From positions 23,126,001 through 23,186,400 of the forward strand of contig OZ316775.1 in the NCBI GenBank assembly GCA_973851085.1: DNA of 60,400 nt. Direction: 5' to 3'. This stretch comes from Ptychomitrium polyphyllum. Lineage: Eukaryota. A program made the position numbers and the translations under genes. Of the stretch, positions 28,959 to 42,977 are shown piece by piece. The notes beneath the pieces were generated by a model. The model was not told the DNA's origin, made no database searches, and saw nothing but the letters and a program-made list of their open reading frames with translations. The first letter of the stretch is position 1, and each line of letters starts with the position of its first letter.

Positions 28959-31085
28959 TCACTTAATAGATTCAAGTCATTTAAAATAAATACATATAAT
29001 TAAAAAAATCCATTTGCTTAATACATTTTTTACTCATTTTAATATACCATATAAACATTCAATGAACTAAACATTACTTCTTTATAATCCATTTTATAAA
29101 ATTTTAAAGATTTTTTATTATTCCAAATTATAAATTTATATTTATATATCAGCTTTCTTTAATTTAAACTTAGAACTTTCTTTCCTTGTACGCATAGGTT
29201 TGTGGATATTCTGCAAGCATAATAATACATATTTGATTTTTAATTATCTTTGTTTAAATATTTATATAATTTCAACATATTTTACAAATTAATCTATTAA
29301 AAAAATAATTTTGGAATCAATAATAATAAATACATTATTTTTTAATAGTATTTTTTGTTAATCAAACAAATTAATGGTGTAAATATTTACTAAACGACAT
29401 TTGATTAATTTTAGATATATAAAAAAAATCAAAATTTATATGGGTCTGTAAGTTATTGTGGCATAAATTATAAATTCTAATGCAAAAGCAATGATGATGC
29501 AAGTTATTCATTAGGAATTTTTAGATAATAATTCATAATTTAAGATAATATAATATAATTGAAGAATAAAATTAATTAAAAAAAATATTATAAAAACTAA
29601 GATACCTGCTTATTAGGTCCTTTTGTTGAACTGGTGCATTACAAAGTAACCAAAAAAACATATTAGGCTCTTTAAATTGATTAAATTATACAAAATATGA
29701 CAAATTATAACATTAAAACATAATCAAATTTAATTTAGAAAATTATGGCTTTAAATTCTTTATTATTAGATCTTTAGCTATCAAATCAATCTTAAACTTG
29801 TCAAATGATGTTTAAAAAATCATAATTGATGAATTTAATAAGAATCTTTCAAATTTTCTTTAATTCTAATAAAAAATTTATAATATTGATAATAAAATTC
29901 TAAAATTAAAATATATTGTAATCATGACTAAAATAATTGGTAAAAGTTGATATACTAAAGAAAGTATTAAATTTAATTATATTGAGTTTTTTGAATTACA
30001 AAGGTTTAACGTTGAACATTTTATCTTGTTATTAATTAGAAGATTGAAGTTAATTAGCACATTTGTGAATCAAATTAACTACATCGCTAAGTAATGGACA
30101 CATATAAGACTTTAGTACTTTAGAAGCTTATTTTGAAGTGCATATCACATAATGAAAATTTTAAAAATAATTATAATATATGTTCCATGATAAGATTGTA
30201 TTTCATTATGTAGCAAAAAAAATATGATGGATTTAATAATCCATATTTTATAATCATGTAGTATATTTGTTGTAAGAAATTTAGATCAAATTCAAAAATT
30301 GTGAGGCCTTATTCATTTATAGAAATATTTGTTTTAACATCAAAATATGATTTTAACTTTTAGTTCTTTGGCACTATTAAATTCAAATTCTATTATTGAT
30401 ATCTTTTATTAAAATAAGTTTCAATTGAGATTTTATTTTAACATTGCTTCAAACTTTCATCACCATAAAAAATTATTATTTATTTTAATGCTTTAAAAAA
30501 TAGAATAGAATTTTCAAGAATGTCCAAACTTTAGAAAGCTAATGTGCTTTGAGATTAATTCTTGTTTCAAAATGCTCTCTAAATCTTCACAACACTTTGA
30601 AATAATGTAAGTTATTTTCAACAAAATATGAAATAAATTTAAGATTCAACTAGTTTTTTTTAATTGAAATTAGACATTGTTTGATAGAAAAAAAATTCTT
30701 TACAAATTTTATAATTTAAAGTTACAAAAATTTGTAAAACTCTTAGGATCTTTAGGAATTAATCAACTAAATTTGAAATTACCAAAATAGTAAAAATTAT
30801 ATATTAAATTTAATAATTTTTAAAAAGATCATAATTATGGAAGCCAATTATTGAGCATTTCATTTTAAATCCAGAATACAAATAGTTTTTACTTATTTTT
30901 TATAAACCTCCTATAAATTTTGGATCATTTAATAAATTTATAGATTCACAAATTTATTATATACATATTATTCTATAGTAATACTTCTAAAACTATTCTT
31001 GCATTTATTACTTAATTACTGGCAATGATTACATAGGCAACTTATTTTTTCTAAAAACAATCATTGTAATTTTAAAGTAGTGGTT

Positions 31086-31107
31086 TATATATATATATAT
31101 ATATATA
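31086..31107. repeat. (TA)11 microsatellite
   Basis: Direct reading. Confidence 0.9.
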
Positions 31108-32128
31108 GTTTCATTCAAATTATAACATTCCAAAAAATCCATCATTAAAAAGACTAATCTAAAATTTCCTTAAACTAGAGTTATTAAATAGGAAAAATTA
31201 TTAGTAGTAAAGATTGCCACCTATAAGGTAGAGGATTTTAAAACTAAGGATTTCAATTAATTGAAAAATGCAAAACAAATCAAAGATGAAAATGTGTAAA
31301 TTTGTACAAAGTTTATTTTAAAAAAAAGAATCTTATTCAATAAGAATATAGTTTTGAAATGTAAAGTGACTTTTAAAAGATTTTTGAACTTGAAACTTAG
31401 AAATTATAAGTTCTTACTACAAAATTAGATATTTAAATTTTTTTGTTCAATTTAAATTCATGGAAAGACAGTCTAATTGAGTTATAATATTCAAATTTTA
31501 AACATTATAATCGTTAATTGAATGTTAATGATGCCTAAAATTTGAAGTTCTAATTATTTTGGAATGATTCCATAAATTTGGTAGTTAAAAATTATAGAAT
31601 TGAAAAGAAAAAGCATATAACTACTTAGAAAATTCAAATAAAATTTGAAGATTTTCTATAAGTGCATTCCACTTATGAAAAACATTCAATATTCAAATAT
31701 GTCACATGCAATATTTAGAAAAGAAAATGATCTGTGTTATAGTAGGAACTATATTTGAATCAAAAATCTAATATTACCTATAGAATAAGAAGGCAACCAC
31801 AATATTCTATAAGAAGGCATTTGATCTCCTATAGGCTAAGCTCCCTTTAGTTTTCCTTTGTATCCTTTTTATTCCTTCCTTCAGAAAGGCTAGAATCAAG
31901 GAGGCTCACCCTCGTTCCCTCTAATGTGACTACTTGCCTTGGTAAAGAATGTCATGAATGTCATGCATGTCATGGAAGTCATGAAAATCCTTCCAAGTTT
32001 GCAGAGAACTTCATTAGTTCACTTTTTCGTTTTTACCTGGTGAGTTGTTTATTAGAACCCAATATAGTTACAGGGGGACACTTTAAATATTTGTTCCCTG
32101 CAAATCACACTGTCAATAAAACAGTCAG

Positions 32129-32204
32129 ACAATCAGAACAATCAGAACAATCAGAACAATCAGAACAATCAGAACAATCAGAACAATCAGAACAATCAGA
32201 ACAA
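32129..32204. repeat. 9-bp tandem repeat (ACAATCAGA)8 downstream of the acylphosphatase-like gene
   Basis: Direct reading; it explains the spurious SEQ and IVL repeat ORFs. Confidence 0.9.
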
Positions 32205-32323
32205 CCAAACAAGCAAAACAATCAAAACAAGCAAACAATCCTACAATCCTATCTAGTATGAAACGTATGGAAATGCAACCAAAGCTGGGGACGGGCAGGA
32301 AAGGACGGAGGAAGGTGAGAATA

Positions 32324-32950
32324 TCACTCGTAGTCGGGAAGCTGCTGGAAGCCGACGCCAGGCGGTGGGTCGCAAGCGTCGGCCTCGATTTCCTTGACCT
32401 GCGCGTAGCCGGGGCCCGTCTTGCACAGATCCAGCAAGCGGTCCACCGACGCGGGCTTGCCTGAGAACACGGCCTCCACGGATCCATCCTTCAGGTACCG
32501 GATCCACCCATTGATGGTCATGTGCTTTGCCTGCTCCCGCGCCCATGTCAAGAAGTGTACGCCCTGCACCTTCCCCGTGATCCGCACATGCACCTGCATG
32601 CATCCAACATCTACTTCCAGTCCTTAAAGGCGACCACTCAACAGCACGGCTCTTGCAATGGTTTTTGTGGAGACAACGCGAGTGATCTCGGGATGATTAT
32701 ACTGCTGCTTCATGCTTACTGACTCGACCTTCCACTCATTGTAAGCCCACTAAAATGGTTGATGTTACGGTCCAGAAGACTGGAGGTGGAGGCATAATCA
32801 CGTGCTTACCGATTCGACGGGATTTCCATGTGGGCATCGAACGGCGGTGGACATGCCATCGCTTTGGAAGCTGTGGGTCTTTTGCTCCTTCTCCAGGTGT
32901 TTGATGTATTCGTCATTTTTGCGAGTGGAGACGTGAAAGTGGGTGCACAT
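32324..32950 (-). CDS. Acylphosphatase-family protein, 2 exons (32950-32810, 32593-32324), about 136 aa
   Basis: VHVRITGKVQGV, GWIR and DGSVEAVFSG...GP motifs. A GTAAGC donor at 32809 and a TGCAG acceptor at 32594 join in phase 0 with an open upstream exon. The start codon is uncertain. Confidence 0.85.
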
Positions 32951-33899
32951 TCCTGAACACATTTTTTTATTTTAATAGCCTTCGCATACTTCGTTCATTA
33001 TTTTTTTGGTGCGGTCGCTGATAAGACTGAATGCTGAACATTACTCTTAGAATACGATCTCAGAGGTTACTTTGAAAAAGATGCGGATAGCAATATTTGA
33101 TGTTGTGATGGATTTGTTTTATATGTTTCCCGGTAGATGTGAAAACCCATCATGTGAGGACTGGTTTGCATTTAGAACCCTAATCTGCACTGTACATAGA
33201 GCTGAAGGGATGCGACTCTTCCTGATTAGTCTCTAGCTAAGCTAATAATCATATCTAGTCAACTTCGGATAACTAAATTGTAATTCTGCATAAGCTGATT
33301 GTCCTCATCAAGTTCTTAGTAGTGTAGTGCTCTACTTGTCTCAATTGCTTCTCAAACTTACATGCAAGTATTGATCATATTTGGTTTGACCTCGCTCTAC
33401 AGTGGTTTATTACTTGAAAGCTAACAGGCATTGTAACACTTGAACCTAATCGAGACATACTTGAACTCTCAACAATGTATGGATTTACAGAGGAGAGGGC
33501 TTAGTTCCCAGATTGTCCGGAGCAAGATCTATAAGATCTTGCTAATGAGGATCCTTAATTCCTCAAAAAAAATGAGCTTCACAGCATTCCAGAAGTACTA
33601 TTTCAGACCGAATTCCTTGTTTCTAGTTGTATATTATACTCGTAACTTAAGAACTTCCACAACTGCAGATTACGTAGTAAAGTTTGAGCTGAATTTTCCC
33701 ACTACTTGATAACTTGTCTTGAAGAATAATGCTGTCGAGCACCAAATTTCTATGCCCTTGAAGTAACGAGTTCTGCCTCAGACGGTAAGACATCATTAAG
33801 AACTAGGAATTGCTGATGCTCAGTCAGCACCAATGACCTTCATGAATGTTTCGCTGGAGTATATCCTTGTTATCAGTCGTCTGCCGCATCACGAGTGAT

Positions 33900-36800
33900 G
33901 TACGAGTGATGTATGAGTGACGTCTATCTTCGTGTTTTTAGTCTGTTTGTCAATCTCCGGTAAGCGTGGCGACGATTGCTAGAATGTGGTATCTCCATAG
34001 ATGCCTTTTTGGGTACTGCCGTAAATCTTGGCCTCGCTCCAATCCCAACCTCCTTTATGACGTGTTAACGTCTTTGTAGGTGTAGATTTGGTCAATCCTG
34101 CACGAATTGCAACGATATCTTTACTTCGTGAACATCAAGCTCATGATCAACCCATTTCTAGTTGATTTATCTGGTCTAGAGAAAGCAGAAAGCGATTTTT
34201 TCTTGGTGTTTGGACTCTGTAAAGAACTTTAGCCATATCAAGGATGAGGATCCAGATTCCGAAGGTGATGAGGGAGAGCTTTGGTTTGTAAATTTTGAAC
34301 TCCTAGCTTTTAGCAGGCTTGGGTCAACTTGGCTGTCTGAAAGATCGACGTTGCTTGCTTGCTCGAAATAGATACTATCTAGAATGAAGTTTCAATGCAG
34401 AAAATAGAATGTTACTCACGTTTTTTCCGTGATAAGGGCAAGCTACGGCGTCCTGTGTCCAGTGGCTCAAGTTGACGGTGTCCATGCTCATATTTTTCAA
34501 TATCGTATCCATACCCACAGTCCAGAAATTCTTGTGCTGTCAAATCTTGCACCTGAGTTGCCATCTCTTCGTTGAACTTGGTGGCCACCAGTCTCTGGAA
34601 GGCGAAACTACACATTTTCTCCGTTGATGTATTTTGGTCCAGAGCAATGGTCATTCTTCCCCTGGCCATGCCACTAAAGCTCATGCTCTTCTCTCGAGAT
34701 GAAGCAATTAGCCCTTATAATTTAGGCATCATCTCTTCACTTATATATGACAAAGTTTCAACCCATACAAGCCAAGTGGATATGGCCGCCATTTACCAAA
34801 ACCACATTCCTCATGGTTGGCTCATTTCGTCTACTTCAGCCAAGTAATTTAACTGAATAACGATTCCCAAAACAATAATCAATGCCACGCTAGAGCGTCA
34901 GCAAATTTCATAGCATCAGGAAAAGGCACCATTTTTAGTTTCGAACTGAGTGCTTTTACGTAGCTCATTTTTCTCTTCTTTGGATTCATTTCTGTTGCAT
35001 GTAAGTGGGTGTCCTGGAGATTGCAAAGCACAAGGAGCTCCAAAATATTTTGAGCAGAGGAAATTACTCGAATCTCAACCGCCACTTGCTCAATTGGACT
35101 AATAGCTCACCAGTTCAGGGTTCCTCTGATACCCAGTGTACTTCTTATTACCATAACCCTTGCAATCCATTCGGACAGGCATCCTTAACCGTTACATCCT
35201 TGTCATTTCGAAAAGCCAGGACCATTAGAATCATCTCTCAATGAGCATCATCCAGCACAACCCGATGCAACTCATCTCGTCATGGCCTGCACCTAAAGAG
35301 CCACGCTTGCAACCAAGGACTAGGAGTTGGAACTAAGCAAAGAAGTTCAAGGCACATGGCGGAATATACACGGACGAGAAGTTTCTGTATATTATTCACA
35401 AGGTACATCCATTGTTCTTCCAAGTTCATAGCAAAACCAAGATAATCTGCAAACTATGCAAGAAGGCCATATCATAATTTACATGGAAACAAGCCAACTC
35501 CGATCCTACAGTTACTCGATGCTGTTGCCATTGGCAATAAGTGGAGTATTTGACTTGAGTCTCATCTTTTAGCCAGTTGTCACACGCCTTATTATTTGAA
35601 GTGCATCTGTCTTTGCGGGAAGTTTTCGAAATGGAGTGCTGCAATGCGGCTGTGGTTACCTCGTCATCTGCTGGTAGAAAGAAAGAAAACCTCTCTGTAA
35701 AATCCTAGAGATAAACGCAAGTATGTCACACTAGGTAGTCAGCCTATGATCAAGCCCAGGGTTGGATCCAAGATGATTGTTTACCCAATTGACAGTTTTC
35801 ATAATTGGAGGTGAAGGGCTAGCTAGCTGCGAGGCCGCCAAGGCTTCCCTCCAACTTCACCATTAACCTCGTGTCGTACAGGCTTGCCGTCCGGAGGCAA
35901 TGGAGAGCTGGATCCAGCTCCAGGCGTCTGGCCATTGAAGCTGCTAAAACACTGGGTTTCTTGGAAGACTTGCATGATGAGGCAATCTGCACCCACGTAG
36001 CACTAGTTTGGAATCAAAACCATCATTTTTCGCTGCAAATCGTGTAACTAATGGGAAAAAAGAGAAACGAAAGAACAGCATGTTGCACAAGCTGTCTTGA
36101 AAGCAATGGAACCAATTCCTCCCCTTTCTTCACAAAAAAAAGTCACGTGTAATGCAAACCAGCCAACAGCCGTTATAAGTACAGCAATAATGGAGGAGAT
36201 TAAACTTGCTGAAAGAAAGACCGTGACATCATGAAATCGAAGTTTCAGCAGCAACTTACAAATACAAGTCACGGAACAAAACAAGTGCCAAGTAGTTGCT
36301 AAGTGGATACCAACCAAAACAAGGGTGGAGCAGGTCACAGACACGTAAACAGAAGAGCCTCGCTTGATGTCAGCCTGGTTACAAAGCGAAAGAGCGAGGC
36401 AATATGAGCAAACACAAGTAGCAACCTTGACCCAAACTTGTAGCTATAGGTAGAAGATTGCCCTGTTATATATTAGCTCATGAATGAAGCATGGTTCTGA
36501 TTGCACATTATATGATTCTGTGCCGACGACTGCCGACGAAGAAAAGTACTTGTCGCAAGATTTTTTGCAAGTAGACTGGCACTGGTTGCATAAATCTCGG
36601 GGAAAGACACACTAATCACAGAACTCACGATTGTTTCCAAAGCAGTGAAAAGACATAAAAGCAACCTCTAGTATGAGAATTAAATTCCGAATTTTGATTG
36701 ATATTAATTGAGTTGAAGAGAAGATTTCAGTTAAATCACGAAAGATTTAACGGTACTAACTGTGCATCACGTGTTTGATCAGGTCGTAGATGTGTGCTGC

Positions 36801-39800
36801 TAGGGCAACTTCCGCACTGAAGAGTCGAGGCCATGACACTGATCAAGGTGCACCACACAACCCAAGGCTATCCTGAAACAAGTCTGTCTTAAAACACTCA
36901 ATCAATTAGTAGCAATGATAAGGGGTGATGGAAGAGGACAAAGCAAGATATCTGGAACCCTGTAGAAGCTACGACCTATAAATCCCCCGTAAAACTCGAT
37001 CCAAAAAAAAATCCACAAGTTTCGACCAAAACCATGCACATTAAAATCTTGATGAATCTACATGCAACACATTGCATTCATTAATCTGAACCATTCATAG
37101 GCCTTTGGTAGATCGTGCAAATGCACGATCTAAACTGTTAATGCATGTGGCTCTTCCAGGTAGACATAGCCCTGGATGCAGATAACCTAGCCTTGCTCAG
37201 TCAATTGCAGCCATGAGTTACCGTGATCGCTCATCTGACTTGTCGAATTAGGGCGAGCCATGACAACATCACATGTTGGATCGCGGATTGGTTTGCGCAA
37301 CTTGGTCCTGTTGTGGGCCACATCCCAATTGATATTGAGAGAATTCTGTCAAAGTTAATAGTTCCTTCTTGTCCTCGAGGCCTCTCTAGCTTTGCAAAGT
37401 TGCAAGCAAGAGATGAGAGTGGATTGATATTCAGGACCACACAGATTCACGTACCGTCATTGGTTTATCTGTTTCGTAACCCACAATCTCTGTAGAAGCT
37501 ATAGTACTTGTAATTCTTTTTTATGATTGCCACTTGTTCTTTACGAAAGAAGAAGACAAAAGGGAAACAGTAAAATTGTGGAGAAGCGTGAGACCGGTTT
37601 GTACGTGTGTACCTCCATGCACTTCTTTGGCCCCCACTTTCAGGGCGCCTCATGAGCCGCGGCAAGAGTTGTATACACTAGGAGCTGAATCTCAAGAAAT
37701 GGGTTGAAAATTATGCAAACAGAGGGTGTATTGATTTATTAGTTTCCAGGTCAAAGAGACCTAATGCAGATGACAGAATAATGCTTTGAGTTGAACTGAA
37801 AACGAGGAAAACGGAGTGAAATTTTTGACAAAGCATACTGAAAAAGCAAATCCTTGATAGAAGGGTGTAAACAGTCAAATTTCAGATAATCATACATTAT
37901 CAAGAATTTACATACTAATCCTCTTAAAGTCAACTGAATGGTTAGCTATATCATTCACAAAACCACGACTGCAAGCCACTGTAACGGAGCAGATAGTTTT
38001 GGATTGTTTCAGTAAGCTGGGTAGAGGAGACATTTTAATCACCAACACCTTCAGTCTACCATAGAGACCCTCTTGCTCCCATACATCGACAAGAAAATCC
38101 ACCATCTCCTGCAATTTCGCCCAATGGTGGTACTGAAAGTGCAGGATCACAACTGGTAAATAGTGCTGGGTGTTGGCATTACCTTACTATCCTCTTGTTA
38201 CTGACCACGATAAGACCTACTTCATAAAACAAGTTCTCCTTCATCACAACACAAAAATTGGGTGAGATACAGGGCGATTTGAATTCACGCACATACTAGG
38301 AAAAATGTTCTTGAAACTTACTGGTAAGAGAATCGGCTTTGTAAACGGTCTGTTTGTCCCAGGTAAGCCTTCACATGATGTACTCCAACTGGAATCCCAA
38401 GCCACCAGTCTCCACACATCAATCTTCAAACTATAACAGCTCTTGCACACCACTCATGGACGCAATTTTCCAGGACCAGCACGGGCAGTTCAACTATATA
38501 AAAAGCATCTCATAACGTCCTGCATAGTACGTGCCATAACCTAAATATCAAGAGTGGGGCCTGAGCTATGAAGGATCCCAGTCTGCAGTAGGATTTATGC
38601 TACTATCTTCCTATAAAAGCTTGAACGAACGGTTTTGAGGAAAAGTAGGATTGCACCTGATCACTGGTTCTCTGCGTTCAGCAGGTCGAGGCCTCTCTCG
38701 AGTCCCTACCCACTCTCGCCATCTCTCTGTCCACAACCTCAATGCTGCACATGCCGCAACCACATTATATACAAAATCGTCACACAACACGTTACATGAT
38801 GAATACGAAAAGCACTGAAAAGTGATGTGGATTTTACTCTTGGGGCTGAATTTAGAACGTTCATGCATAGCTCTTCAGGAAAGAGTCATGGTAACAAACT
38901 AGCGTACGACATAAATGAGGTCATCAGGCAACCAGCACCTCTAACTGACCACCCAAGTGCTAACTACTCTAGAACGTTCTCTCTTTATACAACTTATTGT
39001 GCATGCAAGGTAAACTTATTGCAATATAAGAATGTAACAAGACGTAGTTAAGATGTAGAAGGCAAGAGGTACCATGATTTACGTATAGACTATTTCCATA
39101 ACTTGACTCAGCAGGTGCCTGGGTCTCTGAAATACGGTGGTTAGAAGTAGCTGTGCTGGAAAACCTTTGTTGGCGAGAACTGCTGCCTTTATTTTCCATC
39201 TCATTGCAACTCGAGATTTCCAAGGGCTTGTTGAGAGGTGCCGCTTCACCTTTGTCGGCTCCCCTGTAGTCTTTGGTTGACCTTGACAAGTTTCCCGGGT
39301 CTAGTTTCTGCAACTTGGCAAACCATTCAAAGCAATTGCCACACTGTTGTCACTCAACGACCAAGACCATAGGCGTAGATCTGAGGATAGTGAATCGATG
39401 CACCAAGAAAGGAAAGGTACAGGCCTCTAAAACAGCAATGCAAGATTCCTCTGTAGCAAACTACAATTGGTGCAAGGATATAAAATGCATCTGTGAATTC
39501 ACTTACAGGCATTATCCCAATCTGACATCCGCACGTGACTTGTAAGATCAAATAAGGAAGATATAGACCGGCCCCTCTTCTGTGATCTCAGAATGATGCA
39601 CACGCTTTACGTTCTGATTATGAACACTGCCACATGGACTGCAACGAAGGCTCTACACGAAAAACTAATCCCCTACCACGGGAAGATATTTTCAAAACAG
39701 AACAGGAGAAAGGAAGTTACGCACCCCACACATACATCGAACACAAAGAAATGCAAACTCAACCATCCAAGACCGGTCTAGCATCTTATACAACCTTAGA

Positions 39801-40800
39801 TGCTTCTGCTATTGCTATCGATGTAGCAACCGGGGCCACATTAGGCCCAACGCAAGATGGGGTATTTTTATCATCCTCCGCTGCAATGTGTCCCATCACT
39901 ACAAGTAAACGTCACAATAATGAACTAGGGTTTAACTGCGGAAAGCTTCAGTAGACTCGGGACAGTGCAATGGGCAGACAACAGACTGACAGGATCACGA
40001 TGTATAGCATAGAAGAACAAAAACCCTGCTGCATTTGGTAACTCCCTGAGATACACTATTTTATTAAGAAGAGGGACATAAATGGTTCATTTAGAACAAT
40101 TACAACCAACTACACCCAAAAACGATGATAGCCAAAGACGATAACTACTTAGGGTTTATGAGTAGCACTACAAACCATCGCCTTTCAATAATTCTCCTGA
40201 TGACCTTCTACAAAACCAAAGCTATACCTGGCCACAAACTATAGTATGTGTCATTTGAAATAGCACGAAGCAACATTTTAGATTTTCGGTAAACCTTAAC
40301 ACTAAAAAATAGTATCCATTACGTGTCCAAAAAAAGAGATCAGAGGGATGAAAGAAAATTAGTCTACCAGCCTGAACAACGGACAAACAGCTCTTGACAA
40401 AATGAAATGTAACTTGGGAAAAATAATTACTGAAAGACTCGGGGGAAGATAGAGACTGGGGATAGTGAGAAATTCAAAAGTGCAGCACTAATATAAAATT
40501 CTTTTGTATATTTCATGTAGGCTTCCAAAGGTCTGTGGAAAAGAAAGTAGTATTCAAGCTCCTCTTCTACCGGAACACAAAAGAAGAAACCACGCACAAC
40601 ATTCTCACTGCAACAAACTACAAGAGATCCCACCTGCTCCGGTAATATTCAATGCAGATCCTGGGTGCAAAAACGGGACTGAATCACAAAAGGAGAAACT
40701 AAGAGACAGAAAATCACAGCTAGCAATTCCAATATAGTACAACTGCAGCTCGACACCGAAACCAAAATGAAAACAGACAAACCTTCACAATAGTCCGAAT
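33900..40800 (-). other. Probable multi-exon gene or pseudogene of unknown function
   Basis: Genic base composition, many minus-strand splice-like signals, exon-like ORF pieces (34412-34684, 37231-37440, 38244-38453, 39354-39551) and a CT/C-rich leader at 40900-41200. Some segments contain in-frame stops. No family recognised and boundaries approximate. Confidence 0.4.
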
Positions 40801-42977
40801 TACTTGGAACGGCCCACCCAGCTTCGAAGGCTCCCCCAATCGAGAGACTGCCAAACTCTGTCGTTCATGCTATGGCTTTCTCGCCAAAAACAAATCCGGG
40901 AAAGACAAAGCGAAAGGAAAAGAAAGGAGCACGGGATTAGAGGGGGGGGGGGGGGGGGGGGGGCAAGACAGAAATGGTGACGATGTGGAACGACGTGCAG
41001 GGAGTGAGCATGGGCAGTGGGGGTGGGGTGCGGGTGGGGCACAAGAGTGCTGTGTGTGGTGTGGGGCAGGTGATTGGATCTACCGACAGTTCTCACAGAC
41101 AGGCAGACAGACACAGCGACATACCCAGCGACGTTATCACAGAGGGGGGGGGGGTGGGGGGGGGTGGGGGGGTTGCTGCAGCGGCCTTGCTCCTCCGCTC
41201 CCTTTCTCTTCTACCACCATTCTTTTGACACCTCTCAGTTGATGTATTTCAACTTTTGTTCTTATTATCTCATTGTTCTGCGTGTTTTCTTAACTCTGCT
41301 CTTAATGATGGCAATACTTGGTGTCCATTTGAAAAAACATGTATCTCCTCTATCTACATACAAATATCACATACAAAGGAAAATCACTTTTAAATAATTC
41401 TAAGAACAATAACCTTTTCAATGACACATATTTAATAATTTTCTTGTAAAATAAATACATATTGCTTATGAGAATATATAACATTTAGATGTAACTATGA
41501 TGTGAGCAATGAGCAATGAACAATGAGTCATAATATGTGAGCATTGAGCACTAAGATGTGAGTCGTGAATAGTAAGATGTAAGTCTTTTATGGCTACAGA
41601 TTGAGAACAATCAAATTTTCCAAATTGCGCTTTCAAAAATTTGAAGAATATGAATAAATTAATGAGAGAATATGTAATGAGAAGAAAAACTAAGGATGGC
41701 AAAAAAAAGTAGACTTCAAACCATGGACACATTTTCATTGTAGATAAAGTTATTGACAAAGGAAATTATAAATTGGAGTCCATACTTGTAAGAGCACTTA
41801 AACCTTACATTTGATTGCAAAAGGGAAACAACATAAGGTGGAAGGCAATGGAAAGACTCTAGAGCATTACAACATCAAATACTTTAGCTTTAGCAATATT
41901 TCAGAGTTCAAGTACTTGCATTATTTCAAAAAAACTAAAAGTAGGACTATGCATGAAGGAATAGGTGGCGTATTTCAACTTGTTATAATATCTAAATACA
42001 TAACAGAGGTGCTTATATGGAATCCTCTTACTAGACCTTCCAAAGGTTGTTATTTCCAACTTCTTGAAATTTAGGCAAGTATAAGTTAGGCAAGCATTGA
42101 ATATAATAAGGTAAGTTTTCCCGGAGTTGGAAATAAGGATAATGATGGCACCATATCTTGAATCAAGGATGGCCATGATTCCTATAACGTAGTAGCCATC
42201 TGTAAAGGCTACATTCTTCCATTTATTCCTATAGTTTATAATAGGGCTGATATTTGTGCAACAAACCTTCTTGCTATGCAATTGTGTTGGATGTGCCATA
42301 TGAGCTTTAGGAATGTAAAATTTAGATTTAGAAATGAGCAGGTTCAAAATGGATCTGAACATTTAATGCGGTGATATGACATTGTGCTATTGCAAGTGGA
42401 AGTAGACATCTTTTAAAGCAAGTACTTCTTCAACAAGTACTTCTTCCTAATTAAGATTGATTTCAAGTTTCATTGGTCGGTAATGGCAATAGGAGAGAAG
42501 TCAACAACATAACTTCCATATTTTGTTCCTTGAACATAGCGATGGATGTTGTTAGGAGAGAAACAAAATTATACCTACACTTTCTTTTATAAATGATAGT
42601 TACATTTATTACCAAAGAATGTGGGATAAGGAATATCAAAGAAGCACTTGCTTAGGGTGGTCTTAGAAATCTTTCAATGGAAACCTACAAGGTTTGGTTG
42701 GCCTTGCGTAAAATCTTATGAAGTCTAGCAATGTGCTATTTTACTACATTGATATCCATTTTATGGACAACAATAGTGTAAGCACCTCTGTGTAGAGGAA
42801 CTTGAAGGCATTCCTCAATTTGTGCCTTTATTCACCTTATGCTTGGACGTAAAATGGAATAATTTATTCTATCAGACTTATATTTGTCAAATATTGAACC
42901 ATGAGCCATACTTAACTTTTGTTTTGCTATATCATAAATCTTGGCACCCTATAAAAGAACCAAATGAGCTATAAGAT

